From Haliotis cracherodii (taxonomy: Eukaryota): a stretch of DNA of 64,000 bases. Below are positions 41,101 through 53,271 of this stretch, piece by piece (the first letter of the stretch is position 1; every line of letters begins with the position of its first letter). Both the position numbers and the translations under genes were made by a program. A model generated the notes under the pieces. That model was not told the origin of the DNA, ran no database searches, and was given only the letters and a program-made list of their open reading frames with translations. The DNA lies in NCBI RefSeq assembly GCF_022045235.1, contig NW_027266269.1, positions 21,948,001 to 22,012,000 on the forward strand. The letters run 5' to 3'.

Positions 41101-44100
41101 AGCCTGTGATGTGGTGGTACCTGCAGCCTCTGCCGTGGTGGTACCTGCATCCTGTGATGTGGTGGTACCTGCAGCCTGTGCCGTGGTGGTACCTGCTGCC
41201 TGTGATGTGGTAGTACCTGCAGCCTGTGATGTGGTGGTACCTGCTGCCTCTGCTGTGGTGGTACCTGCTGCCTGTGCCGTGGTGGTACCTGCTGCCTGTG
41301 CTGTGGTGGTACCTGCAGCCTGTGATGTGGTGGTACCTGCTGCCTGTGCCGTGGTGGTACCTGACGCCTGTGCTGTCCCTGCTGCGGTTGTGCCGGCTGC
41401 TTGAACAGTGGAAGTTCCCTCTTTGTCTGCACCAGGGGTATCAGAAGCATGTACAGTGGTGGTCTGACCTACTGTGGTTGTTTGTATTCCACTAGCTTGA
41501 ACATCAGTGGCTGGCAAAGGATGTGAAGCAGCTTGAACAGTGGAAGTACCCTCTATTTCTGCACCGTTGGCGCCAGAAGTCTGTGTGGTCCCTGCCGCGG
41601 TTGTGCCGGCTGCTTGAACAGTGGAAGTACCCTCTATTTCTGCACCGTTGGCGCCAGAAGTCTGTGTTGTCCCTGCTGTGGTTGTGCCGACAACTTGAAC
41701 AGTGGAAGTACCCTCTATTTCTGCACCGTTGGCGCCAGAAGTATGTGTGGTCCCTGCTGTGGTTGTGCCGGCAGCTTGAACAGTGGAAGTACCCTCTATT
41801 TCTGCACCGTTGGCACCAGAAGTATGTGTGGTCCCTGCTGTGGTTGTGCCGGCTGCTTGAACAGTGGAAGTACCCTCTATTTCTGCACCGTTGGCGCCAG
41901 AAGTCTGTGTGGTCCCTGCTGTGGTTGTGCCGGCTGCTTGAACAGTGGAAGTACCCTCTATTTCTGCACCGTTGGCACCAGAGGTATGTGTGGTCCCTGC
42001 TGCGGTTGTGCCGACAGCTTGAACAGTGGAAGTACCCTCTATTTCTGCACCGTTGGCACCAGAGGTATGTGTGGTCCCTGCTGCGGTTGTGCCGACAGTT
42101 TGAACAGTGGAAGTACCCTCTATTTCTGCACCGTTGGCACCAGAAGTCTGTGTTGTCCCTGCTGTGGTTGTGCCGACAACTTGAACAGTGGAAGTACCCT
42201 CTATTTCTGCACCGTTGGCGCCAGAAGTATGTGTGGTCCCTGCTGTGGTTGTGCCGGCAGCTTGAACAGTGGAAGTACCCTCTATTTCTGCACCGTTGGC
42301 GCCAGAAGTCTGTGCTGTCCCTGCTGCGGTTGTGCCGGCTGCTTGAACAGTGGAAGTACCCTCTATTTCTGCACCGTTGGCGCCAGAAGTCTGTGCTGTC
42401 CCTGCTGCGGTTGTGCCGGCTGCTTGAACAGTGGTAGTACCCTCTATTTCTGCACCGTTGGCGCCAGAAGTCTGTGTTGTCCCTGCTGTGGTTGTGCCGG
42501 GGGCTTGAACAGTGGAAGTACCCTCTATTTCTGCACCGTTGGCACCAGAGGTATGTGTGGTCCCTGCTGCTGTTTTGCCGACAGTTTGAACAGTGGAAGT
42601 ACCCTCTATTTCTGCACCGTTGGCACCAGAAGTCTGTGTTGTCCCTGCTGTGGTTGTGCCGACAACTTGAACAGTGGAAGTACCCTCTATTTCTGCACCG
42701 TTGGCGCCAGAAGTATGTGTGGTCCCTGCTGTGGTTGTGCCGGCAGCTTGAACAGTGGAAGTACCCTCTATTTCTGCACCGTTGGCGCCAGAAGTCTGTG
42801 CTGTCCCTGCTGCGGTTGTGCCGGCTGCTTGAACAGTGGAAGTACCCTCTATTTCTGCACCGTTGGCGCCAGAAGTCTGTGCTGTCCCTGATGCGGTTGT
42901 GCCGGCTGCTTGAACAGTGGTAGTACCCTCTATTTCTGCACCGTTGGCGCCAGAAGTCTGTGTTGTCCCTGCTGTGGTTGTGCCGGGGGCTTGAACAGTG
43001 GAAGTACCCTCTATTTCTGCACCGTTGGTACCAGAAGTCTGTGCTGTCCCTGCTGCGGATATGCCGGCTCCTTGAACAGTGGTAGTACCCTCTATTTCTG
43101 CACCGTTGGTACCAGAAGTCTGTGCTGTCCCTGCTGCGGATATGCCGGCTCCTTGAACAGTGGTGGTACCCTCTTTTTCTGCACCGGTGGCACCAGACGT
43201 ATGTGCTGTCCCTACTGCGGCTGTGCTGGCTCCTTGAACGGTTGTGCCGGCTGCTTGAACAGTGGAAGTACCCTTTGTGTCTGCACCGGTGGCACCAGAA
43301 GTCTGTACGATGGTCTGACCTTCTGCAGTTGTTTGTATTCCAACATCAGTAGCCGGCAAAGGGTGAGAGGATGCTGCATGCTTGACTGATGAGGATGATC
43401 CTGAGTTTGAGGATACCTGAGGAACAGAAACCTGTGGGACGTTAGCACCATGTAACTGGGAGTGTATGTTTGATTCACTGACGGTGTGTACACTCGACGT
43501 CATCTGCCCGGTTGCATCTGATGTGTGACTGGAAGCAGCTCCGGTGTGACCAAACATTTCAGGACAGGGTTGAAGACCGGCCGCCAGCAACAATCGAGCT
43601 AGCTCTGGTGTCAGTTTGGATACATGCGGAACCTCGGCACTCAGAGGCTTATCAGCTTCCTGGATGGGTAGAACGTGTGTTCCAGCACTTGCAAGACTGG
43701 TCGCCGATTGTTGAGATGTTACAGTATTTTGTGTTTTTACCTGAGCCCCTGTTAAATCAGCGGGTTTATCGATCATGTTAGCTGCAGAAGCATCAACTGC
43801 GCTTAGACCAACTGTTAATGCAGCAGCTGTTGTATCAGCGGCTACTGTTGGGGCAGTCGTAGTTTTATCAGCTGCTGTTGGTGCTGCTGTGGTATCGGCG
43901 GCTACTGTTGCTGCTGCTGTTACATCGGCGGCTACTGTCGGGGCAGTCGTAGTTTTATCAGCTGCTGTTGGTGCTGCTGTGGTATCGGCGGCTACTGTTG
44001 GTGCTGCTGTTGTATCGGCGGCTACTGTTGCTGCTGCTGTGTCGGCGGCTACTGTTGCTGCTGTTGTGTCGGCATCTGCCGTAGGTGCTGCGGTAACATC

Positions 44101-47100
44101 AACTACTGGGTCTGGAAGGGGAGCCGAATTTGGCCGTGGTGCCGTCGCTTCAACTGAAGCGTCAACAGTAGACGCAGCGACTACTGTAGTTTTAGCTGTG
44201 GTATCGGCTACTACTGCTGTTGTTGTTGTTGCTGCTGCTGTGGTATCGGCGGCTACAGTTGTTGTTGCTGCTACTGTGGTATCGGCGGCTACCGTTGCTG
44301 CTGTTGTTGTATCGGCGGCTACCGTTGCTGCTGCTGTTGTATCTGCGGCTACAGTTGGGGCTGCTGTTGTGTCGGCGGTTACAGTTGCTGCTGTGGTATC
44401 GGCGGCTACAGTTGCTGCTACTGTGGTATCGGCTTCTACTGGTGTTGTTGCTGCTGCTGTAGTATCGGCGGCTACCGTTGCTGCAACTGTGGTATCGGCG
44501 GCTACAGTTGCTGCTGTTGTTGTATCGGCGGCTACCGTTGCTGCTGCTGTGGTATCGGCGGCTACAGTTGCTGCTACTGTGGTATCGGCTTCTACTGGTG
44601 TTGTTGCTGCTGCTGTAGTATCGGCGGCTACCGTTGCTGCTACTGTGGTATCGGCGGCTACAGTTGCTGCTGTTGTTGTATCGGCGGCTACAGTTGCTGC
44701 TACTGTGGTATCGGCTTCTACTGGTGTTGTTGCTGCTGCTGTAGTATCGGCGGCTACCGTTGCTGCTACTGTGGTATCGGCGGCTACAGTTGCTGCTGTT
44801 GTTGTATCGGCGGCTACCGTTGCTGCTACTGTGGTATCGGCGGCTACAGTTGCTGCTGCTGTGGTATCGGCGGCTACAGTTGGGGCTGCTGTTGTGTCGG
44901 CGGCTACAGTTGCTGCTGCTGTGGTTTCAGCGGCGACAGTTGGTGCTGCTGTTGTATCGGCGGCTACCGTTGGTGCTGCTGTTGTAACGGCAGCTACTGT
45001 TGGTGCTGCTGTGGTTTTGGCGGTTACAGTTGCTGCTGTGGTATCGGCGGCGACAGTTGCTGCTGCTGTTGTATCGGCGGCTACTGTTGGTGCTGCCGTG
45101 GTATCGGCGGCTACTGTTGCTGCTGTTGTGTCGGCATCTGCCGTAGGTGCTGCGGTAATATCAACTACTTGGTCTGGAAGGGGAGCCGAATTTGGCCGTG
45201 GTGCCGACGCTTCAACTGAAACGTCAACTGTAGACGCAGCGACTACTGTGGTATCGGTTACTACTGTTGTTGTTGCTGCTGCTACTGTGGTATTGGCGGC
45301 TACAGTTGCTGCTACTGTGGTATCGGCGGCTACAGTTGGTGCTGCTGTTGAATCGGCGGCTACAGTTGGTGCTGCTGTTGTGTCGGTGGCTACAGTTGGT
45401 GCTGCTGTTGTATCGGCAGCTGCAGTTGCTGCTGCTGTTGTATCGGCAGCTACAGTTGCTGCTACTGTAGTATCGGCGGCTACAGTTGGTGCTGCTGTTG
45501 TATCGGCGGCTACAGTTGCTGCTGCTGTAGTATCGGCGGCTACTGTTGCTGCTGCTGTTGTATCGGCAGCTGCAGTTGGTGCTGCTGTGGTATCGGCGGC
45601 TACAGTTAGTGCTACTGTTGTATCGGCGGCTACTGTTGCTGCTGCTGTTGTATCGGCGGCTACAGTTGCTGCTGCTGTAGTATCGGCAGCTGCAGTTGGT
45701 GCTGCTGTGGTATCGGCGGCTACCGTTGGTGCTGCTGTTGTATCGGCGGCTACGGTTGTGTCAATAACTGGATCCGGAAGAGGAGCTGAATTTGTTCTGG
45801 GTAATGAGGCTTCAGCTGAAACCTGACTGAGGGTGTTGTCTGTGACGACACCAGTGCCAGCTGTGGCCAAGCTGACGCTGCCACCTTGACTGTCCACACT
45901 GATGGGCACTGACACGTCCGCTCCTGTGGCTGGGACTGATGTACCAGCTGTAGCAAGCATGCCTTGACCAGATGTAGCTTCCGTGTCATTGTTACCTGGG
46001 AAACAGAAGATTGATGGTGATGCAATTACTTCGGCGAATTACCCGACATTCATAATCACAATACTGTTCAAATGAAATAAGATACGATGCACACAAAAAT
46101 TATTTTTCCTTTTATGCACATTATACAACACTACATTTTTCACTTATCACCTCCCTTAGCGAGAACAACAACAAAGACTCATCCCATAATCACGGAAGTT
46201 ACGATTCCCACTGTAGCATGAGCATGTGTTCATTGGAATCACCATCAAATAATGACACAAGGTGATCGCGAACAACATCTTGTCAATATCGAATAGCAAT
46301 AACCCTAAATCGCCCTCACATACCAAAGATGTTTATTGTGATGACTAAGCAAAAATTTAAATAACTCGTTACGTGTTACTTTAATTATTATTTATTATTT
46401 TAAGAGCCTCGTGTGCAGTGTAAGATCTTATGCATAGTTTTTGACCAGTCCTTGTGTTTTCCCATTAATGTCAAGCGCCAGCAGGGTATAACACGACCGG
46501 GGATCGAACCAACGACCTTCCGCGCTCCGGGCAGACGCTCTATCCACTAGACCGCAAATATGACGAATCCAGCTTAGCAAATACAACATACATGTACATT
46601 GTAACAATAACAAGAGTGCTCTGAGAGCACAACATCCCCCGCATGAATTTTTTTAACGAGTTTATATTTTCTTTGTATTTTATGAAATAACAACAGTAGA
46701 TGGCACTGCATTTGAAACAAATTGTGCAGAACATTTTGTTGGGAGTAATCCAGTCTAAATGCTAATGCCATAAGGATGTAGCTCACCCACAAAAGCCTTA
46801 TACAAGGAAACTAACTATAGTTATAGTTATGGTTAGATATTGTGATATTCTCTGGAAACTGGAGGAGTAGATTTCATGAAGCTCCGTAAAACAGGGGCAG
46901 TAACTCTGTCAAAATGTGTCGAAATGAAACGGGACTACGATATGCGTATCATCAACATGTCGACATCTTGTGTGTAGAGTGTCAGGGATATTCTCTGGAA
47001 ACTGTAGGAGGAGTTGATTTCACAAGCTGATTACCCTCCGTGGGACGGACAGACAGACGGACAGACGGGCGGACTGCGCCACGACATAATCCCCTTCGGC

Positions 47101-50100
47101 CATTCTGGCCCGGACGGGGATAATAAGTAAAATCTGTTATCCATTTTTGGTATGGCGAGGCAAGGGGAATGAACCACCGACCTGTACGCTCTCAGGGCAG
47201 ACGCTCCAGCCACTACACTACGGAGGGGTCGGGCATGGACGTAAAGCCCTTGAAGACCCGGGGTAGAATAGGCCTTCAGCAACCCATGCTTGCCGTAAAA
47301 GGCGACTATGCTTGTCGTAAGAGGCTACTAACGGGATCGGGTGTTCATGCTCGCTGACTTGGCTGATGCAAGTCATCGTATCCCAATTGCGTGGATCGAT
47401 GCTCATGATGTCAATCACTGGATTGCCTTGACCAGACTCGATTATTTACAGACCGTCGTCATATAACTGGAATATTGCTGAGTGCGGCGTTAAACAACAA
47501 ACAAACAAACAAACGATGCCACTATTCGATTGTGTGCACCAATCGAGCACGAGCAAATAGTCTACAATTTTTCACAAAGTTAATTAATACCCGAATATGG
47601 ATGCGTCTGGGCCAGACAACCAAGTGATTGGACATCAGTAACACTGAATATTGCTGAGTGCGGCGTTAAACAAAAAAAAAATTAAAAAACATTTATCCAC
47701 GTCTCCTGGGACAGATGACACGAAATCAACCAAGTCAGCGAGACGGATCACATTAATACGTTATACATTAAGTCGCCTCTTACGACCAGCATTGGATGCT
47801 TAGGATAGCTTCTATGCTTCTATGCTTCTATGCTCACCTTTTCGCGAACGAGACCGCCTCCGTGGTCTAGTGGTAGAGCGTCCGCCCGGAGAGCGGAAGG
47901 TCCGGGGTTCGATCCCCGACCGCGTCATACCAAAATACTTTAAAAGATGGTACTTGTTGTAACCCTGTCTGGCGCTCAGCATTAAAGGGATAAAACAAGG
48001 ACTGGTCGGCTCGGAGCCAGTATACTGTGTCTGAGTGGAATATTCATTTTAAACTGCGGCATGGTATCTCAGTGAGCTAGCACTATAAATCGGCATTAGT
48101 CCGGACTAGTACAAGCAGCCACACACACACACACGTGCATGCACGTCGCTATAAAAGTGCAATAACCTTGGACGCGACGTTAAACCCCATTTCACCTCAC
48201 CTCACCTTTTCGCGAACGCCAGGTATCATCTGATTCACAACACCATGCTTATGATGTAGTCGGAATCGTACAATGGACTCTGCCTTTCGCAGAGATTTCT
48301 TATGATCATGGAAATGTTTAGCCGGTTATGTTTAACATACCTTGTGCAGCTGTTTGTGGCGTAGATGATCCACCCGTCGTCGTGGAAGCCGTTCCCGAAA
48401 CTCCACCGATGTTCTGTAGAAAACGATAACCTCAAAATACATCATGGATCAAACATTCAAATGGGTCATTATACAATCACATGGCATCAGTGTTATTATC
48501 ATTGCTTTAAATAGTTATGTAAAAAAGCCAAATGCTCTATTTTGAAATCGTTTTCAAACAATATACAAATTAATATATTTTTGATGCATGCATGTTTTAA
48601 ACAGATATATTTACCTTGAAGCCATTTGTTCTCACTATCAGGGTGTCCTTGTAAATATTTGTCAAATCTTCCAATAATATTCCGACTTAGAGCATTGTAA
48701 TACAAGCATGACTTTAACTAACACAAACGGTAGAGCACATACGCAAAGACGTGCGTCGATTATAAATGTAAGGGACCTTTAAGCGTATATCTTAATTATT
48801 TACTTTTTATTTATTAGAATTTAGAAATAATAAGAAAGTTAAAGAACAACAAGATATTATATGTCCAAATCGGTTGATATATGGGTGAAAATTACCCACG
48901 TGTCGAAAACACTTCCGAAAAGACGATGCGTCAAATATATGCCATGAATTGAACTCGTAATCATAATTGTCATAAAATGAAACTTGTAAATATCATAATT
49001 AGTCTTAGGTTGTTATGTAAAAGCATATGCATACTTTCCTTCATCCATGGCCTTTGTTGATACTGAGTGTATTATGCAATTCAATGATTGCGCTTTATAA
49101 GTAATCTTTTTGACAACATATTCATCTACGAATTTATCAATTATCAATGTATCATTTAATTCAATTTGAAGTAAAAGTGAAATATCTCAAAGTCGAAAAC
49201 ATTTGATTAACAAATCAAACGGTTAGTCATACGTTGCGCATCTCCTGAGAAGACACGAAGGTATTTCAAAAAAATTAAACCTTAGACTTGACAAGGGTAA
49301 ATCTATAAAACTCTTTCTCCGCATAAAAAGAATTCATTAATCACGTTATTACTTTCTGTTTCCGTTTGATAAATGATGCACCCGTGAAGAACGTAACACT
49401 GTATTCATTGTTCTGAGATGCAATGCATTAGTCACGGAAGTATATTTACAGAACTACAAGACAGGCGTCTTGACAGATGACGGATAAGCCGAGGCTGTGT
49501 AGATTCCAGTGTTCCGCTTTTAAATCGGTTCATCACGATCTAAGCGACTACGATTTTTACACAAAAAAAATATTTGTTATGCTTCTATAATACATAGAGT
49601 CATAAAGTCACATGGTTGGGTGAAACACCAGAAGTTAGCTTTAGGGTTATCTGCATTAGATATATTTGAATCTTGTTACTTATAACATTGTTTAAGAGGG
49701 CTTACATGGCTAGTATGACACACCAGATAAAAAAATATACCGGGCTAGGAGAAAAATAAGCAAAAGCAAGATGAATGTTTTCTGTTTTATTTAATCACAC
49801 ACGAAATGTACATATCCATAGATGTATACAATGTCACATGTTTTTTAACAAGTTCGGGCAGTAATGTATAAACAACAATACGATGAACACGTGTTTGATG
49901 TTGTTTATTTTTTAGAAATATGAGTAAACAAAATTATTTGACATGAATCAAATAAATCGATGCCCTTGAAGTCTGTTATTGGTGACGATTCGGTGACAAC
50001 AGTATCTTCAAACATCAATATAGAAACATATAAATAAATAAACAAACAAATACTGAGACAAAAGGCGATATAAATAATAGTGCTGGGTAAAAAACATTCG

Positions 50101-53100
50101 CACTGTTATTCCTGTTCCATAAGATCAGAACCGTTTATCCAGACGAAATGTTCGGATAAGCGAGTCCCGCTATTCACGCACATCCTTTTAAAAAGCAATA
50201 TGCTCGCCATTGTTACAAATACATTATAAGTTGGCAATAATTAGGTCACATGACGTACATCTTTTAACGAGACATACATAGAGGGTCTACATATATTTCT
50301 TGGTTGACTGAAACTGGATTAAAATACAAATACCAGACTAAAAGCCTAATGTCTATGGACAGACTTTTTAGAATCTATTCCTGTTATTAAATAATTGCCT
50401 AAAAGGAATATGTTTTTATTCGACGTGTAAAAGCAGTATTTGTTTTGATATTTACAACTGTTCAACATTTATGGTCAGTAAACCAAGAAATCAATAATGA
50501 CTGAAATCAATAATGACTGAAATCAAGAATGACTGAAAACAATAATGACTGAAATCAAGAATGACTGAAATCAATAATGACTGAAATCAATAATGAAGTT
50601 GAACAACATGATGGGTGCTGTGTTGAAATAAAGAGTTCTGTCTCCCACAACCGCGTGACATATTAACACAACCCGGACTCCTCACATAGATATTGACGTA
50701 CCTTGGCTGCCATCGAGCTTAGCACAGGTGACAAGGGGTGCCCTTCTCCACGTGGAGTATAGTTCCAGGAAGACTGTATAGCGTCTGAAGCTTGAGCCGT
50801 CCTTGAGTTGTGCCTGGTTGGCATTGTAGATACATCGCTATGCTGATACTGCATTGCAGATTGTGAGGCTCCTGTAGGTGTAGCTGAGGGTTGATCTACC
50901 TTCGAGTTGTTTACGGGTGGCATTGTGTACCCGTCTCTATATTGGTACTGCATTGCAGATTGTGATGCTCCTGAAGATTGAACAGGTGGTTGATGTGCCA
51001 TCGAGTTGTGCACGGGTGGCATTGTATACACGTCGCTATATTGATGATGCATTGCAGATCCCGTGGCTCCTGAAGGTTGAGGTGAATGTTGATCTGCCAT
51101 GGAGTTGTATGTGGCAGATTGGGAGGCTTCTGAAGGTTGTCCTGAAGGTTGATCTGCCATCGAGTTGTGCACGGGGGGCATTGTGTACAAGTCGCTGTTT
51201 TGGTGATGCATGGCAGCTTGTGAGGCTTCTGTTTGTTGGGCTGAGGGTTGATCTGCCATGGAGTTGTGCACAGGTGGCATTGTATACACGTCGCTATATT
51301 GGTGCTGCATTGCAGGTTTGGAGGCTTCTGAAAGTTGAGGTGAATGTGGATCTGCCATCGAGTTGTGCACGGGGGGCATTGTGTACACGTCGCTGTATTG
51401 GTGATGCATGGCAGCTTGTGAGGCTTCTGTTTGTTGGGCTGAGGGTTGATCTGCCATGGAGTTGTGCACAGGTGGCATTGTATACACGTCGCTATATTGG
51501 TGATGCATTGCAGATCCCGTGGCTCCTGAAGGTTGAGGTGAATGTTGATCTGCCATGGAGTTGTATGTGGCAGATTGGGAGGCTTCTGAAGGTTGAGGTG
51601 AATGTTGATCTGCCATCGAGTTGTGCACGGGGGGCATTGTATACACGTCGCTGTTTTGGGGATGCAGGGCAGGTTGTGATGCTTCTGAAAGTTGAGGTGA
51701 ATGTTGATCTGCCATCGAGTTGTGCACGGGGGGCACTGTGAACACGTCGCCGTTTTGGAGATGCATGGCAGCTTGTGAGGGTTCTGAAGGTTGAGGTGAA
51801 TGTTGATCTGCCATCGAGTTGTGCACGGGGGGCATTGTGTACACGTCGCTGTTTTGGGGATACATGGCAGCTTGTGAGGCTTCTGAAGATTGAGCTAAAG
51901 GTTGATCTGCCATGGAGTTGTGCACTGGTGGAATTGTATGCACATCGCTATATTGGTGGTGCCTGGCAGGTTGTGATGCTTCTGAAGATTGAGCAGGTGG
52001 TTGATCTGCAATCGAGTTGTGCACGGCGGGCACTGTATACACGTCGCTATAGTGATGATCCATTGCAGATTGTGAGGCTTCTGAAGGTTGAGCTGCCATG
52101 GATGGCATTTGAGATACATCTCTATATTGATAATAGTCTATTGCAGAGCGTGCAGCTTCTGTAGGCTGATTGGCATTAGAGTTCATTATGTGTGGCATTT
52201 GGGATCCTTCTCCATGTTGATAATGCATTGCCGAGCGTGTGGCTTCTCTAGGGTATTGTGCATTTGGATTCATCATGGGGGGCATTTCAGAAGCTTCTCT
52301 ATATTGATAATAGTCCATTGCAGAGCGTGTGGCTTCTGTAGGTTGTTCTGCATTTGAGTTTGTCACATGTGACATTGGATATCCTTCTCCATATTGAAAG
52401 TGCATTGCAGAGTGTGTTGCTTCTGTTGGGTATTCTGCATTTGAGTTTGTCACATGTGACATTGGATATCCTTCTCCATATTGAAAGTGCATTGCAGAGT
52501 GTGTTGCTTCTGTTGGGTATTCTGCATTTGAGTTTGTCACATGTGACATTGGATATCCTTCTCCATATTGATAGTGCATTGCAGAGTGTGTTGCTTCTGT
52601 TGGGTATTCTGCATTTGAGTTTGTCACATGTGACATTGGATATCCTTCTCCATATTGATAGTGCATTGCAGAGCGTGTTGCTTCTGTTGGGTATTCTGCA
52701 TTTGAGTTTGTCACATGTGACATTGGATATCCTTCTCCATATTGATCGTGCATTGCAGAGTGTGTTGCTTCTGTTGGGTATTCTGCATTTGAGTTTGTCA
52801 CATGTGACATTGGATATCCTTCTCCATATTGAAAGTGCATTGCAGAGTGTGTTGCTTCTGTTGGGTATTCTGCATTTGTGTCTATCGCACGTGGCATTTG
52901 AGAGCCTTCTCTATATTGATAATACTCCATTGCAGAGCGTGTGGCTTCTGTAGGACGATATGCCGCTGAGTTTAACACGGGTGACTTGGGATATGTGTCT
53001 CTTCGTGGCTCATAATTCCATGCAGATTGTGCAGCTCCTGAAGGTTGAGTGAGCTGGGCTGAAGGATACATGTGAGTGTTGGTGTAGTGTTGCTGCTGTT

Positions 53101-53239
53101 GAGGATAAAGAGCCGGAGAGAGTCTCTGTAACAAGTAGTACGCCAGCGGGAGGTCCATATCTAAAAGAAACTCAGGGGCTTCAGCCGCTTCAACAGCAGG
53201 GGGAGGCTCTGTTGGTGCTGGAGTTGTTGTTCCTGCTGT

Positions 53240-53271
<32 letters not shown>

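Noticed and set aside
40313-45826. Antisense Val/Ala/Cys-rich ORFs (363, 452 and 683 aa), some metallothionein-like (CCPCCGCAG)
   Set aside because: Reverse-complement or shifted readings of the Thr/Ala repeats of exon 3.
47851-47930. tRNA genes (also at 11733, 6720-6799, 37435)
   Set aside because: These are tRNA-derived SINE heads followed by SINE bodies, tails and in several cases TSDs; no complete cloverleaf.
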